Positions 50,386 through 62,865 of a DNA stretch of 64,000 nucleotides are shown here, piece by piece. A program made the translations under genes and the position numbers. The stretch comes from Octopus sinensis (lineage: Eukaryota). Location: assembly GCF_006345805.1 (NCBI RefSeq), contig NC_042999.1, forward strand, positions 14,446,001 through 14,510,000, written 5' to 3'. The notes beneath the pieces were generated by a model, which was not told the DNA's origin, did no database searches, and was given only the letters and a program-made list of their open reading frames with translations. Numbering within the stretch: position 1 is the stretch's first letter; the number at the start of each line of letters is the position of its first letter.

Positions 50386-51582
50386 TGCTGTGTACCAATT
50401 TCAATCACAAGGCATTGGTAGGCCTCCAAGCTGTCCTGGAGGACTCTTGCTGAAGGTGCTGTGCAGTGGGACTGAACCAGAAAAATACATCTTAATTGTC
50501 TAGTAAACCTAAATTACTTTAATTTGATTTATATTGTACAAATCACAAAATTTATTGAAATGCACCCATCATTGCTTGGTGCCTATTAAGCAATTCTCAT
50601 CTCAAGACTAACAAACCAAACCCTTCTTAAGTACCAACCGACCATCACTTGACATAATCAGCTGACCTCATTCTCAGCATTTAGAAATTCAGCCTCTCAC
50701 TGTCTCTTCTATATTTGATAATAAAAAAAAAAAAAAGAACGCAGGCTTCATTTAATATTTATTGTTTATTTCATTTTAACTGTGAGATGAATTGATGAAA
50801 GTATCGTTCTTCAAGCCAAGCAATATCACTTCATGATTAGACTTGAGTGAGTTTGTCTTTTTAAAGGATATAGTTACCAAGAAACCATTCAAGCTAATAT
50901 AATAAGAAACCAAGATTAGACTAAGTGGTCCGATGATAATCATATTTATCTCAAACATAGCCGTTTGGCTACCATAGCTACATGTAAATACATCGCATTC
51001 ATAGATGTTCATGCAGGCACTTGCATGCTCAAACTTATACATCACAAACACATGCACACACACACACACACTCACACACACACACACATACACACACGCA
51101 CTCACACACGCACTCACACATACACACACACACACGCATAGAGCGTTCATGGATGATTAAGAATGTTATATTGTCATTATTCAGAAATTCTTACTGGAGA
51201 ATCATCAAATCAATGGATACTGTATTACAGTAATTTTGATATAGTATATCACACCCCCACCTAATACATTTATCTGTCTGTCTGACTGTCTGCCTGTCTG
51301 TCTGTCCATTCATTCATCCATCCTTTCATACAATCATATGTATTATGTTTAAACTTATAACCATGCTAGCATATCATCATCATCGTTTAATGTTCATCTT
51401 CCATGCTGGCATGCGTTGGTTGGTTCAAGCAGATCTGATGAGTTAGAGGACTGAATCTTGTTCGAATGTCTGCTTTGGACACTGTTTCTATAACTGAATG
51501 CCCTTCCTAATGCCAACCACTTTACAGAGTGACATAAAATAAATCAAAATAAAATAAGAAGTGAAAAAAAGAGGTTAAGGGT

Positions 51583-51950
51583 AACAAGAGCACTCAGAGA
51601 GCGCAAACCTCCACCAAAGCAACACCAACGTCCTTTCAATTATTAGCCAGAGATGATTTTAAAAATGAGTATATCTGAAATATACTCAACTGCTCTCTCA
51701 AATGAGAATACTAAAAATGAATCCAACCACTTGCAAAAATTAAGTAAAAAAACGGGAAAGATAATCTAGAATCTTTGTCTAGTATTGGATCAATCCCAAA
51801 ATCTAATTAGTTTGTGCCAGTCATGAGGCCAAACATCCCTGAAAGTTTCCTCTGAATTCATCCAGCAGTTCTTGAGATATTTTGTCCACAGACAAACAAA
51901 CAAACACGACTGAAAACAACACCTCCACCTTCAGTAAGGTGGAAATAATA
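51583..51950 (+). mobile_element. Helentron-associated (HINE/DINE-1-like) non-autonomous element
   Basis: 5' motif acctccacc at 51607 repeated at 51921 within the 3' stem-loop ccacctt-cagt-aaggtgg; (CAAA)n before it; no TSD seen. Confidence 0.6.
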
Positions 51951-54659
51951 AAAGGATATGGACATGGATGTAGGTATAAAAGTTGATAGGTAGAGAAATA
52001 AGTAGACGGACAGAAGGGCAGATCAATAGATAGATAGAAGGGCAGAATAGATAGACAGAAGGGCAGGTCGATAGATAGATGGATAGACAGAGTATACAGA
52101 AAACCACTTTTTTTTTTCATAGCACCAGCTTTTTTTTGGCACCTGAGCGTATTTTATTCCTAAAGTCATTTTAAATACTACCAGGATTTCATAAGATTCT
52201 TCAAAGCCAGAGCTTATCTCAGCTTCTTCCATAGTATGTAAATGTATTAAACAGTTAACCTCTCTTTGTATGTTAAGCTAGTGTTAACACAATTAATACA
52301 GTCACCATCATGGAGTTTAATTAAAGATAATTATTCGGTAATGAAAAAACAACATTTAGCACAGTGACTTAATATTATTTTAATCATTTTGGCAAGTACA
52401 GGAGACAAGTCCTGGGGCCACTTGTCTAGTACAGAGGAAATTCCTTTGAAGATTCCATAGCTATTCTCAGCATCAAAGTGAACTGAACCATGAAAAAGTT
52501 GGGAGTGCTGCTCAAATATGCACAGGGATGAGTGTACTGGATTTGAATTTGTGTTCTATGAGTTGGTAAGCCGATACCTTTTCCACTCAAGTCATTTCAC
52601 ATGACATACACTTTATTTCTCATTCACTTGAAATAAATGTTAGTGATGAATTGATATAAGTTTATGAACTACAACAACCCATTATTAACAATGCTTATCA
52701 ATTTTATTTCCTATGGTGTTGATCTGATCAGAGAGAAATTCTGTTCAGACAGATTACTACTCTCTCTTTCTCTCATAGGTAAATTTACCAGAGGAATTTG
52801 ATAAATATTGATTCACTACCCATGGTTCTCAGTCTTTTTGACATCGTGGAACCCTGGAGATTCAATAGAGAAAATTACTGAGACGCTGGAAATTGGAAAG
52901 AAAAAATAACCATTTTAAAATTATAAATAAAGAGAGAAAAGGGAAAAATTTTGCTCTCTTTGTCCTGTTAATTGTACTCATCTTTTATCCTTTACTTGTT
53001 TCAGTCATTAGGCTGAGGCCATGCTGAGGCACTGCCTTAAGGTATTTCTAGTTGAAGAATTAACCCTAGTATTTATTCTGCTATCCATTCTATTGATCTC
53101 TTGCCGAATCGCTAAGTTATGGGGATGCAAACACACCAACCCTGGTTGTCAAGTGGTGATTGGAGTCACAGACACACACACACACATATTTATGTGATGA
53201 GCTTCTTTCAGATTCTGTCTAATATTTCCCCGTGACCAGACATGTTTACATGGAAGATTGGAAATGAAAGACCCTGCTTGTGTGATAGTGTTACATGATG
53301 TCAAGACAAGGAGACACAAACTTACACACTCACTTACATATACTATACACAGACACACACAGACATACACACACACATATATATATGAGAATATGATATG
53401 ACAAAGGAGTAAACAATTATCTTATGAGCTTCATTAGCTTATGGCTGTTTCTGCTTTAGGCTGCAGTAGACTCATAGGTGAGTGCCTGAGTGACACCTTT
53501 ATGCTTCATTGGAACCTTGAATATGAAGTGCAACAATTTACTTGAGTTCTACACCAGGTTATTAGTCTTGCAACGCCTAACCAATACGTACATATGCGTG
53601 TATATATATATATATATATCATCATCATCATCGTTTAACATCCGTTTTCCATGCTAACATGGGTTGGACAGTTCGACGGTTCGACTGGGGTCTGGGAAGC
53701 CAGGAGGCTGCACCAGGCTCCATTCTGATCTTGCAGTGTTTCTACAGCGGGATGCCCTTCCTAACGCCAACCACTCCATGAGTGTAGTGGGTGCTTTTTA
53801 CGTGCCACACACACATACATACATATATATATAACGATAACCACAAAGTTTCATTTTACATATATATATATACACACACACACACATACACATGCATATA
53901 TGATGAGCTTCTTTCAGTCTCCATCAACCAAATTCACTCACAAGGCTTGTGTTAGCCCAGGGCTTTACTAGAAGATGCTTATCCACAGTATCTTGCTGTA
54001 TGACTAAACCTGGAACCATATGGTTGAGAAGCAATTTCTTGACAATAAAACCACACACCTACACCTTAATTTCATATCAATTCATCCTTTCCTTTTCCTT
54101 GTTCCTTTTATGTTTTTTTTTTTGTTTTGCTCTTGACTTCCTGAGTAATATTGGGTGGGTAAGCATGGCTGTATGGTTAAGAAGTTTATTTTGCAATCTC
54201 ATGGATTAAGTTCAATGCTTATGTGTGGCACCTTGGGTAAGTATCTTTGACCATAACAGCAGTGTGACAAGTCAACCGAAACCTTGTCAATAAGATTGTG
54301 TTACCAGAAAATTTGTGTGAGTCCATTGGAGGGCTTTTACCTGATACGCCTGGCTTTCACACTTCCCACACCCACATGCTGTTTCTGAGGCCCTATCATA
54401 GTCATGAAGGTCATTGTTACTGCTTTACTTCCTCTCGTTAATTTATCAATCAAATATGAATAATAGGAAAAGTAACTGCACTTGCATATACAGTTCCACT
54501 TTTGAGCACAGACAACCACACCTAATATACACCCACTGATATGTCCACTTCTCATTTTGGACACTCATGCAAATATATTTTAAGAGGCTTGGAGAGACAA
54601 TATTCTTTTGCACAGTATCTTACTACTGTATTTTTGTGTTTGTGTGCGTGTGTATATAT

Positions 54660-54860
54660 ATATTTCAATATGTGACCGCATGTGTATCGTTGGCGATTTT
54701 CTTTCTCTATCTTCCTTTCTTTAGACTTTTAATATATTTCTGATGAAGAGCTCCGCTCAAAACATGAAATCCTCTTTCTTTCCTTTCCTTTCCTGAGCGT
54801 CCAACAACACTGTACTTATTCCACGTCCTCACATTGTTGTTTTTTCTTGCTTGTTCATGT
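54660..54860 (+). mobile_element. Penelope-like terminal-repeat-type fragment carrying a degenerate hammerhead motif
   Basis: attt-CTGATGA-a-GAGC-tcc-GCTC-AAAAC-atg-aaat at 54736-54770; flanked by microsatellites. Confidence 0.55.
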
Positions 54861-54983
54861 TTGGATTGACTCTCTCTCTCCCCCTCTCTCTCCCCCTCTC
54901 TCTCCCCCTCTCTCTCCCCCTCTCTCTCTCCCTCTCTCTCTCCCTCTCTCTCTCTCCCTCTCTCTCTCTCTCCCCTCTCTCTG

Positions 54984-55019
<36 letters not shown>

Positions 55020-55150
55020 ATAAATGCTTGTTTTTATGTTCAGTTATAATAAAAATAACTTTACATTAATCTGATGGGTTACTCTATACTTTTGTAGAGT
55101 ACAAGCTTATTCTTAAGCAAGAATTTTATTGACAGTAACTTTGAAGTTTC

Positions 55151-55197
<47 letters not shown>

Positions 55198-55984
55198 ACA
55201 CACACACACACATCACTCACAGCACAGCATCTTTGGGAAGTGATTTCTAATGCTCTGAGCCAAGCAAAGTCTTATGAGTGGATTTGATAATTCGAAACTA
55301 AAAGAACCTTATTGTGTGTGTGCGTGTGTCTCCTCTTATCTTGTTGCCACATGATGGCTGTAAGCAACCATCATTTTTTCCAACATGTCCAACATGTAGT
55401 GAGCAGGCAGAAGTTGGCAACAAGAAGGGCATCCAGCCATAGAAAATCTGACTCAATGAAATCTGGTTGACTTATGGTAAACATGGAAATATGAGATATT
55501 AAAATGATGCTAATGTTGATGATGTTAAACACACTCATATACATATTTACAAACATACACACATGCTTATTTATAAACACACGGGCTTACCCAATTACGC
55601 AACCACTTCCCAATCCGTTACGCTTATCTCTCATATCCATTTACACTTTTACGAGATAAACGTAATGCACTCATTAACCCCACTGATAAACATCCGGTCA
55701 TTATCTTTATCTAAAACTGCTTCATTAGCTGATGTGTCCTTCCCCTATTTTTATATTATTTAAGATAATTTAATATAATTTTAAGGAAGTTTTTTTTTTT
55801 GTTGTTGCAGTTTCTAGCAGGCCATGTGATCATATTGTGTCTCTCTTGTTTATTTGTGTTTGGAAGTTTTATGAAATATGCGTCAATAATATTTCTGGTG
55901 TTGATATATTTATAACCCTTCCCATTTATAAATGTCATTAAGTACATTTACGAAGTAGATCTATATTAGTAATGTCAACATGTG

Positions 55985-56392
55985 AGGGATCCTTTTGGTT
56001 TGAATGGCAGTTTTTTTCTAGCTGTGTCATGAAATTGTCACCCATAATTATGACCCTAGTATCGATCTATTGCATTTCAATCTGTTTTACGGTTAGGGTT
56101 AGGGGAAGGGTATCTTTTTTTCTTCTCAAATGTAAATAAACCCAATTTGTTTCTTAAACGAGGGACATATTCATACGGCACAGAATGTTTTTTACCTCAA
56201 AGGACGTATTTGATTGGTTGAAATTGCATAAATTGAAGAAAAAAACAATATCTTACAAACTATAGAATTTTCTCAATAAAGCCAAGAGAAAAAGATGTTT
56301 TATAAACACATTCTACTAGTATACGAAGTTCAAATTTTTTTAGTTACCTAGAAATTATGTTAAAAACTGCCGTTCAAACCGAAAAGATCCCT
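55985..56392. mobile_element. 408-bp MITE with 31-bp TIRs and apparent 4-bp TSD
   Basis: AGGGATCCTTTTGGTTTGAATGGCAGTTTTT versus the reverse complement of the right end, 28/31; TGTG at 55981-55984 and 56393-56396. Confidence 0.85.
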
Positions 56393-56664
56393 TGTGAGCC
56401 AACAATGTGCTTGAAATGACAGTCAAATCAAGCCCTGCCATCTAAACTTAGGAAAAGCACATTAAGTTAGACATTTTCTGTGTTTTATGATTTATGCTAA
56501 CATTAAATAAGATATAAAAGTTGTTATGACACATCGACAGTTTTTATGAGTTTTATTTTATCAAATATAAAATGTATTTAAAAATTTATTTTCAAATAAA
56601 TTGTCGCAAAGATTGCTCTTTGTTGCAAAAAATAAACCTTGCACTCGTGTGATACATTAAAAGC

Positions 56665-56946
56665 ACTCACCATCATCTTTGTCATCACCGCCATCATTAT
56701 TGACATTGGAATCGTTATCCTTATCATCACCATTGTCATTATCATCATCATCATCATTATCGTTGTAATTATCACTATCATCATCATCATCATCGTTGTT
56801 GTCATTATAGTCAGCATCATCATTGTCATCATCATCATAGTTGTCATTGTTGTTATCATCATCATCATCATCATCGCCATCATCATCATCATCATTGTTA
56901 TCATCATAGTTGTCATCGTTTTTGTCATCATCATCATCATCATCAT
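56665..56946. repeat. Degenerate (CAT/CGT/TGT) trinucleotide tract
   Basis: Read directly; source of the poly-I, poly-M and poly-D ORFs. Confidence 0.9.
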
Positions 56947-57057
56947 GACTGCTTTTATTTTCCATCCTAGGGATTAAATAATTAAACAAATCCTGATGTG
57001 AAAGTCTATTTAAAAGCCATCGATTATTGAATGGCTTGCAAACTTTCATCTGTTATT

Positions 57058-58190
57058 TTTTACTTGTTTCAGTCATTAGACTGTGGCCATGCTGGAGCAC
57101 TGCTTTGAAGAATTTCTTAGTTAAATGAATCACCCCCCCTCCCCAGTACTTAGTTTATTTCTTTAAGCCTGGTTCTTATTCTATCAATTTCTTTTTGCTG
57201 AATGGCTAAGTGAAGGGGATGTAAACAAACCAACATCAGTTGTCAAGTAGTGTTGGGGGGAACAAACATACACACACACACACCACACATGCATATCTAT
57301 ATACACGAGAGGCTTCTTTCAGTTTCCATCAACCAAATCTGCTCACAAGGCTTTAGTTGGCCAGAGGCTATAGTAGAAGACACTTGTTGAAGGTTCCATG
57401 CAGTGGGACTGAACCTGGAACCAACTGCTTACCTCACAGCCACACCTGCAAATCGGAAAAGTTTTCACAAAGACCTCTTCTAATGGCTTTACCATTGCTG
57501 ATCCTTGTTCTAAAAAGATTAGATGGAAATGGTCACTGCTACATCTCTTTTCTATTGATGTAGACCTTTCTGCTTGATCAGGCTTGACATATGGCAAAAC
57601 AACATGTTAAGTAAGTAAAATGAAGCTGGTATACTAAGAATACACAACCCTACTTCTCTAATATACCCTCTTGCTTGAACTCACAAGGGAGTCTCCATGC
57701 AGTTGCACCACCTGCTAGAAATAGCAGGCAAACTATGCTCAAATCACAATCTACCATTTAACAAACTGTGGAATGTCACATTTAATGACGTAGTTCCTTA
57801 CAGTGGTGTAGCTGGTATGTGTGCCAACAAGTAGGGAGTGCAGCCCTTTAGTTTGCCCCACCTGCAAAAGGTTCATGAGCCTATACGGACTTATACAGCA
57901 GACTGAAAAATTCAACCATCACCTTGGGCCCTTCAAGCTTACACAGGCTTATACCTATTTCTTTACTACCCACAAGGGGCTAAACACAGAGAGGACAAAG
58001 AAGGACAGACAAATGGATTAAGTCAATTGTATTGACCCCAGTACGCAACTGGTACTCATTTTATCGACCCCGAAAGGATGAAAGGCAAAGTCGACCTCAG
58101 TGGAATTTGAACTCAGAACATAGCAGCAGATGAAATACGGCTACGCATTTCGCCCGGTGTGCTAACATTTCTGCCAGCTTGCCGCCTTAT
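57058..58190 (-). mobile_element. Family A SINE (about 57058-57450) and family B SINE (about 57958-58190)
   Basis: Diagnostic tails and cores in reverse orientation. Confidence 0.85.
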
Positions 58191-58669
58191 ATCACAGACC
58201 TAAAAGTGCCACACCCATAAAAGCATCACCTAGGGTAGACCACCCTCTCCTAACAATGATACTGCCTTTTGATACACACACACACACAAATTGGATGACC
58301 TTTGCTCATTGGTCTGTCCAATTAGGGCTGACTTAAAGATCTCAACAACCATAGCAACAACAGCAACAAAACATCCCTTCTCTATCCATCTCTGTCCCCT
58401 TCTCCCAGAAAGAGATATATAATGAAACTGTATTTGTTGAAACCTGATAATGTTCTTACCTGATATGACACCTGAAAATTGCAGGTAACTATTTGTCTGT
58501 GTGTGTTAAGGAAAGTCAATAAAGAGTAAGACTAGGAGAAAAGTGTACAAATATTGGGATGACAGTTTAATTTCCGAGTGAATTTGTTAAAATCTATTAG
58601 TTGGGTGTGTCATCATGATAAGTAAAGTAGTTAGTGGAGAAACACTGATATTCAATTTGTAAATATCTG

Positions 58670-59230
58670 TATTTGTGTGTGCATGTGTTTATGTTTGTGT
58701 GTTATTATATATGGACATATGTACATATATATAATATATATATGTATGTATGTATGTGTATGTGTGTGTAAGTACATATATATATATATGTATGTGTGTG
58801 TAAGTACATATATATATATATGTATGTGTGTAAGTATATATATATGTATGTGTGTAAGTATATATATATGTATGTGTGTAAGTATATATATATGTATGTG
58901 TGTGTAAGTACATATATATATATGTATGCGTGTGTAAGTACATATATGTATATGTATGCGTGTGTAAGTACATATATATATATGTATGCGTGTGTAAGTA
59001 CATATATATATATGTATGCGTGTGTAAGTACATATATATATATATATGTATGTATGTGTGTGTGTGTAAGTACATATATATGTATGTGTGTGTAAGTACA
59101 TATAGATACATGATGTGTATGTGGGTGTATATATATGTATCATATATGCATATATATATATATATATATATGCACACATGTATACACATGTACAGCTGTA
59201 TGTATATATGTGTCTATGTACATGTATAGA
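58670..59230. repeat. Minisatellite built from microsatellite blocks, unit about 24-30 bp
   Basis: gtgtgtaagtacatatatatatatgtatgc-type units repeated more than 10 times. Confidence 0.95.
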
Positions 59231-60368
59231 TACTTGTATATGATTATGAGTGTAAGTGTATGACTGCCATTATCAGTCCAGCAGTCAATTTTCCATGCTG
59301 GTAGCAAGACTAAAACTAGTTTACACTCTTCCACTCATGACACCTGTTAACTTACTTGTAGTTCTCTTGATACACTTAATTCTGTTCCTGAGTGTCGAGT
59401 CTTCACACAGATTCCAATTTGCGTTTTCTATCGCCAACTTTAATAAGTCAAGGACACGACAGGCATATATAATGTGACAGGAGCAATAATGACAGTTCTC
59501 TAAAATCGATATACTTGAGTGTATGTTTGTGTGTGTGTGTGTGTGTGTGTGTGGCTGGGGACAGGGACTCTTAGTTTTCCTATGCCAATCAGTCTCTTTG
59601 TATAAATTGAAGTGGAGCACAACATTCAGGAGTGGACACTAGTATTAAAGAATTTTGTCTTCTAAGGGCTTTTCTCTATCATGCGTTGATTTGTGTCATT
59701 GTGTGTGTGTTTGGTTAAGGAGGTTGCTTCCATATCACAGGGTTTTAGGTTGAGTTTTACTGTGTGATACCTTGTGTAGGTGACTTCTTGTTGACTAAAT
59801 CTTCAGGAGTAGTTTTGAATGACGGAAACTGAAAGAAGCCTGTCGTATCATCATCATCCCCGTTTTAACATCCACTTTTCCATGCCAGCATGAGTTAGAT
59901 GGAGTTTATTGGGGTATATTTTCGACAGCAGGATGTTCTTTTTGCTGCAACCCCTCACCTATTTCCAGAGTGTATGTATGTAAATACTGGAAAGGCATCC
60001 AGCCATGGAAACCATACCAAGACAAACAGTGGTGCCTGGTATGGCTCCTGGCCTTGCCAGATCCTGTCGAACTATCTAACCCATGCCGGCATGGAAAGTG
60101 GATGTTAAATGACGATGATACACACACACACACATATATATGTATGTATGTATGTATGCCTGTCTGTATGTGTGTTTATTGATTGTAAACAATGGCCTCA
60201 CAGATGGTTCTGCATGCGGCAGTTTGCTTACAGTTCACAGTGAAAGCATGCCTTCCTGATATTTCTTGATGTGTTGCTTGATCTCTGTAAACAAAAGGCT
60301 CTTTCAAAAGATGCTTGTTCTCAGTTCCCCATGTAACCCCGTCTGGGTTGTTTGGCAGTTGATAGACA

Positions 60369-60790
60369 AAGGCGGCGAGCTGGCTGAAACATTAGCACGC
60401 CGGGCGAAATGCGTAGCCGTATTTCATCTGCCGTTACGTTCTGAGTTCAAATTCCGCCGAGGTTGACTTTGCCTTTCATCCTTTTGGGGTCGATTAAATA
60501 AGTACCAGTTGTGCAGTGGGGTCGATATAACCGACTTAATCCCTTTGTCTGTCCTTGTTTGTCCCCTCTATGATTAGCCCCTTGTGGGCAATAAGGAAAT
60601 GCGTAGCCGTATTTCGTCTGCCGTTACGTTCTGAGTTCAAATTCCGCCGAGGTCGACTTTGCCTTTCATCCTTTTGGGGTCGATTAAATAAGTACCAGTT
60701 ATGCAGTGGGGTTGATATAACCGACTTAATCCCTTTGTCTGTCCTTGTTTGTCCCCTCTATGCTTAGCCTCTTGTGGGCAATAAAGAAAT
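60369..60790 (+). mobile_element. Family B SINE dimer (two long-tail units)
   Basis: gaaatgcgtagccgtatttc.tctgccgttacgttctgagttcaaattccgccgagg occurs at about 60406 and 60596. Confidence 0.9.
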
Positions 60791-60845
60791 AAGTTGATAG
60801 ACAAGCGAATTGTTACCTCACTTGGAAACAGGCGAAGGTTGACAT

Positions 60846-61258
60846 CAGTGCTGGATTAACCGCTAAGCAAAATAAGCACATACTTAGGGCAACAAGGGAA
60901 GTGTGGCACCACATAAATGGTAAATGGTTCACAGCATAATCTTTAATCTTGCAAAAATAATACTCAGAATGCCTTATCTCTACTACGTATAAAAGCAGAT
61001 GTGTTAAGTAGAATTAATTCTGAGGATCTGATCAAAGATTTTACAATTAAAAAATGTAGAACACTTTTCACATATAAGTGAAGAGGAAATATACAAATAT
61101 AAACATTATTTTCCATCTTACTCTTAGTTTTGTTTCATTATGAAAAATAAAAATTTATTTTATAGTTTATAAATTTTTGAATTTTGAATTACATATAATT
61201 TTGGGGCACCAAAATCTTTAAAGTGTTTAGGGCCTCAATGAGTCTTAATGTAGCCCTG
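60846..61258 (+). mobile_element. Internally deleted hAT element retaining the transposase C-terminus
   Basis: CAGTGCTGGATTAAC...GTCTTAATGTAGCCCTG ends; degenerate 8-bp TSD GTTGACAT/GTTGGCAA; NALSLLRIKADVLSRINSEDLIKDFTIKKCR at 60968-61081 resembles the hAT dimerisation-domain end. Confidence 0.8.
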
Positions 61259-61684
61259 GTTGGCAACAAGATAGGCATCTGGTTATAGAAAACTCTACTT
61301 CAACATAATCTCATCTGACTCAAACAAGTATGGAAAAGTAGACATTAAACTGATAACGATAGTGTATATGTGTGTGTATATATGTGTTGATATATATGTA
61401 CGAATAACAACAAAACATATTCTGATGGGGAGGCACCATACTGAAAGTAAAGTCAAATTTATTCTAAAATCCATTATATAATTTCAGAAGAATCCTGAAT
61501 CTAATTTTCAAATCAATAAATGACTTCCTCTTTGCTGAAATTTTGGATGACTGTATTTAAACAGCATCCACATTGATAAAATGCTTAATGTTTAAGTGTT
61601 TAAAGTGTTGCAAGAAATTATAATATTTATTCCACCACAGGGAATTCATTTACTTAGAAGTGTTTAAAAAGAATTTACAATACA

Positions 61685-61692
61685 CCACACAC

Positions 61693-61757
<65 letters not shown>

Positions 61758-61797
61758 AGATATACCCAAACACACACACATATATATATATATATTT

Positions 61798-61829
<32 letters not shown>

Positions 61830-61853
61830 GCACACACACACACACTCACACAC

Positions 61854-61890
<37 letters not shown>

Positions 61891-61985
61891 CACGCTCGTA
61901 CATACATATATATATATATGTATATACACACAGACACACACACATATATATATATATATATATGCACACACAGACACACTCATAC

Positions 61986-62022
<37 letters not shown>

Positions 62023-62045
62023 GGCACACTTATACACACATACAT
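61685..62045. repeat. Alternating (CA)n/(TA)n tract
   Basis: Read directly. Confidence 0.95.
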
Positions 62046-62480
62046 GCGTGTATGATTTCATGTCTATTTCTCCATGCTGGCATGAATATAAGTGTTTATC
62101 AATTTGTGAAAATCAATAAACATTTTGAGTTAGAATCATTTGTCGAAAAAGGAAGAGGAAAATAATGTATTAAAATGTGTAATGTGGAGAATGTGAACAT
62201 ACATGTCTGTTCAAATGATACAATAAACTTTGCTTCATGCTAATTAAGAAAGAATTATTGACCTTCGCAATAGAAGTGCAATGTGCCGGTGGCAAGAAGC
62301 CCAAATTCATCATGGTTAATTGAACACAAGACTTGAAAGAAGAGTCTCCTGGAAGATTTGACAGCATGGTCCATTAATGACATCGTAATTCCTTTTCTTA
62401 TTACTTCTAACTCTGCAAACTGCTTGCAATTTTGTGTTTATATGTGTGTGTAGTTACATTCCGAAAATATATATAAATAG

Positions 62481-62865
62481 GTTGCAGGTGTGGCTGAGTG
62501 GTAAGAAGTTTGCTTCTCAGCCGCATGGTTCCGGGTTCAGTTGGTTCAATCCCACTGTGTAGCACCTTGAGCAAGTGTCTCTTCTACTACAGCTTTGGGT
62601 TGACCATAGCCTTGTGTGTGCACTTGCTAGATGGAAACTGAAAGAAGCTTGTCATATATGTGTTTGTGTTTGTCTGTCCCCTACCCACTGCTTCACTACC
62701 AGTGTTGAAGGGTTCATATTTCCATAACTTAGCAGTTTGGCAAAAGAAACTGACAATAAGTACCATGCTTAAAAAATAAGTACTGAATTTGAATCGTTCA
62801 ACTAAAATTCTTGAAGGGGATGCCCCAGCATGGCAGCAATCTAATTATTGAAACAAATAAAAGAA
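62481..62865 (+). mobile_element. SINE family A, full length, diverged
   Basis: tggctgagtggtaag...ggttcaatcccactgtgtagcaccttgagcaagtgtctt...gaaacaaataaaag. Confidence 0.85.

Noticed and set aside
50776-51010. Non-repetitive tail of a 124-aa minus-strand ORF
   Set aside because: The ORF starts in a (TG)n tract, has no recognisable domain and no convincing splice signals.
52790-52822. Strong pyrimidine tract followed by VNLPEEFDKY*
   Set aside because: The tract is a (CT)n microsatellite, and the phase does not fit the nearby candidate exon (joining gives an immediate stop).
56996-57051. Possible pre-miRNA hairpin
   Set aside because: Only two 7-bp helices separated by a large asymmetric loop.
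62236-62378. Two short open stretches separated by one TGA (possible readthrough/selenocysteine)
   Set aside because: No recognisable selenoprotein motif or SECIS; expected by chance.
14700-62865. tRNA genes suggested by A/B boxes
   Set aside because: The boxes are SINE heads continuing into SINE bodies; no complete cloverleaf.
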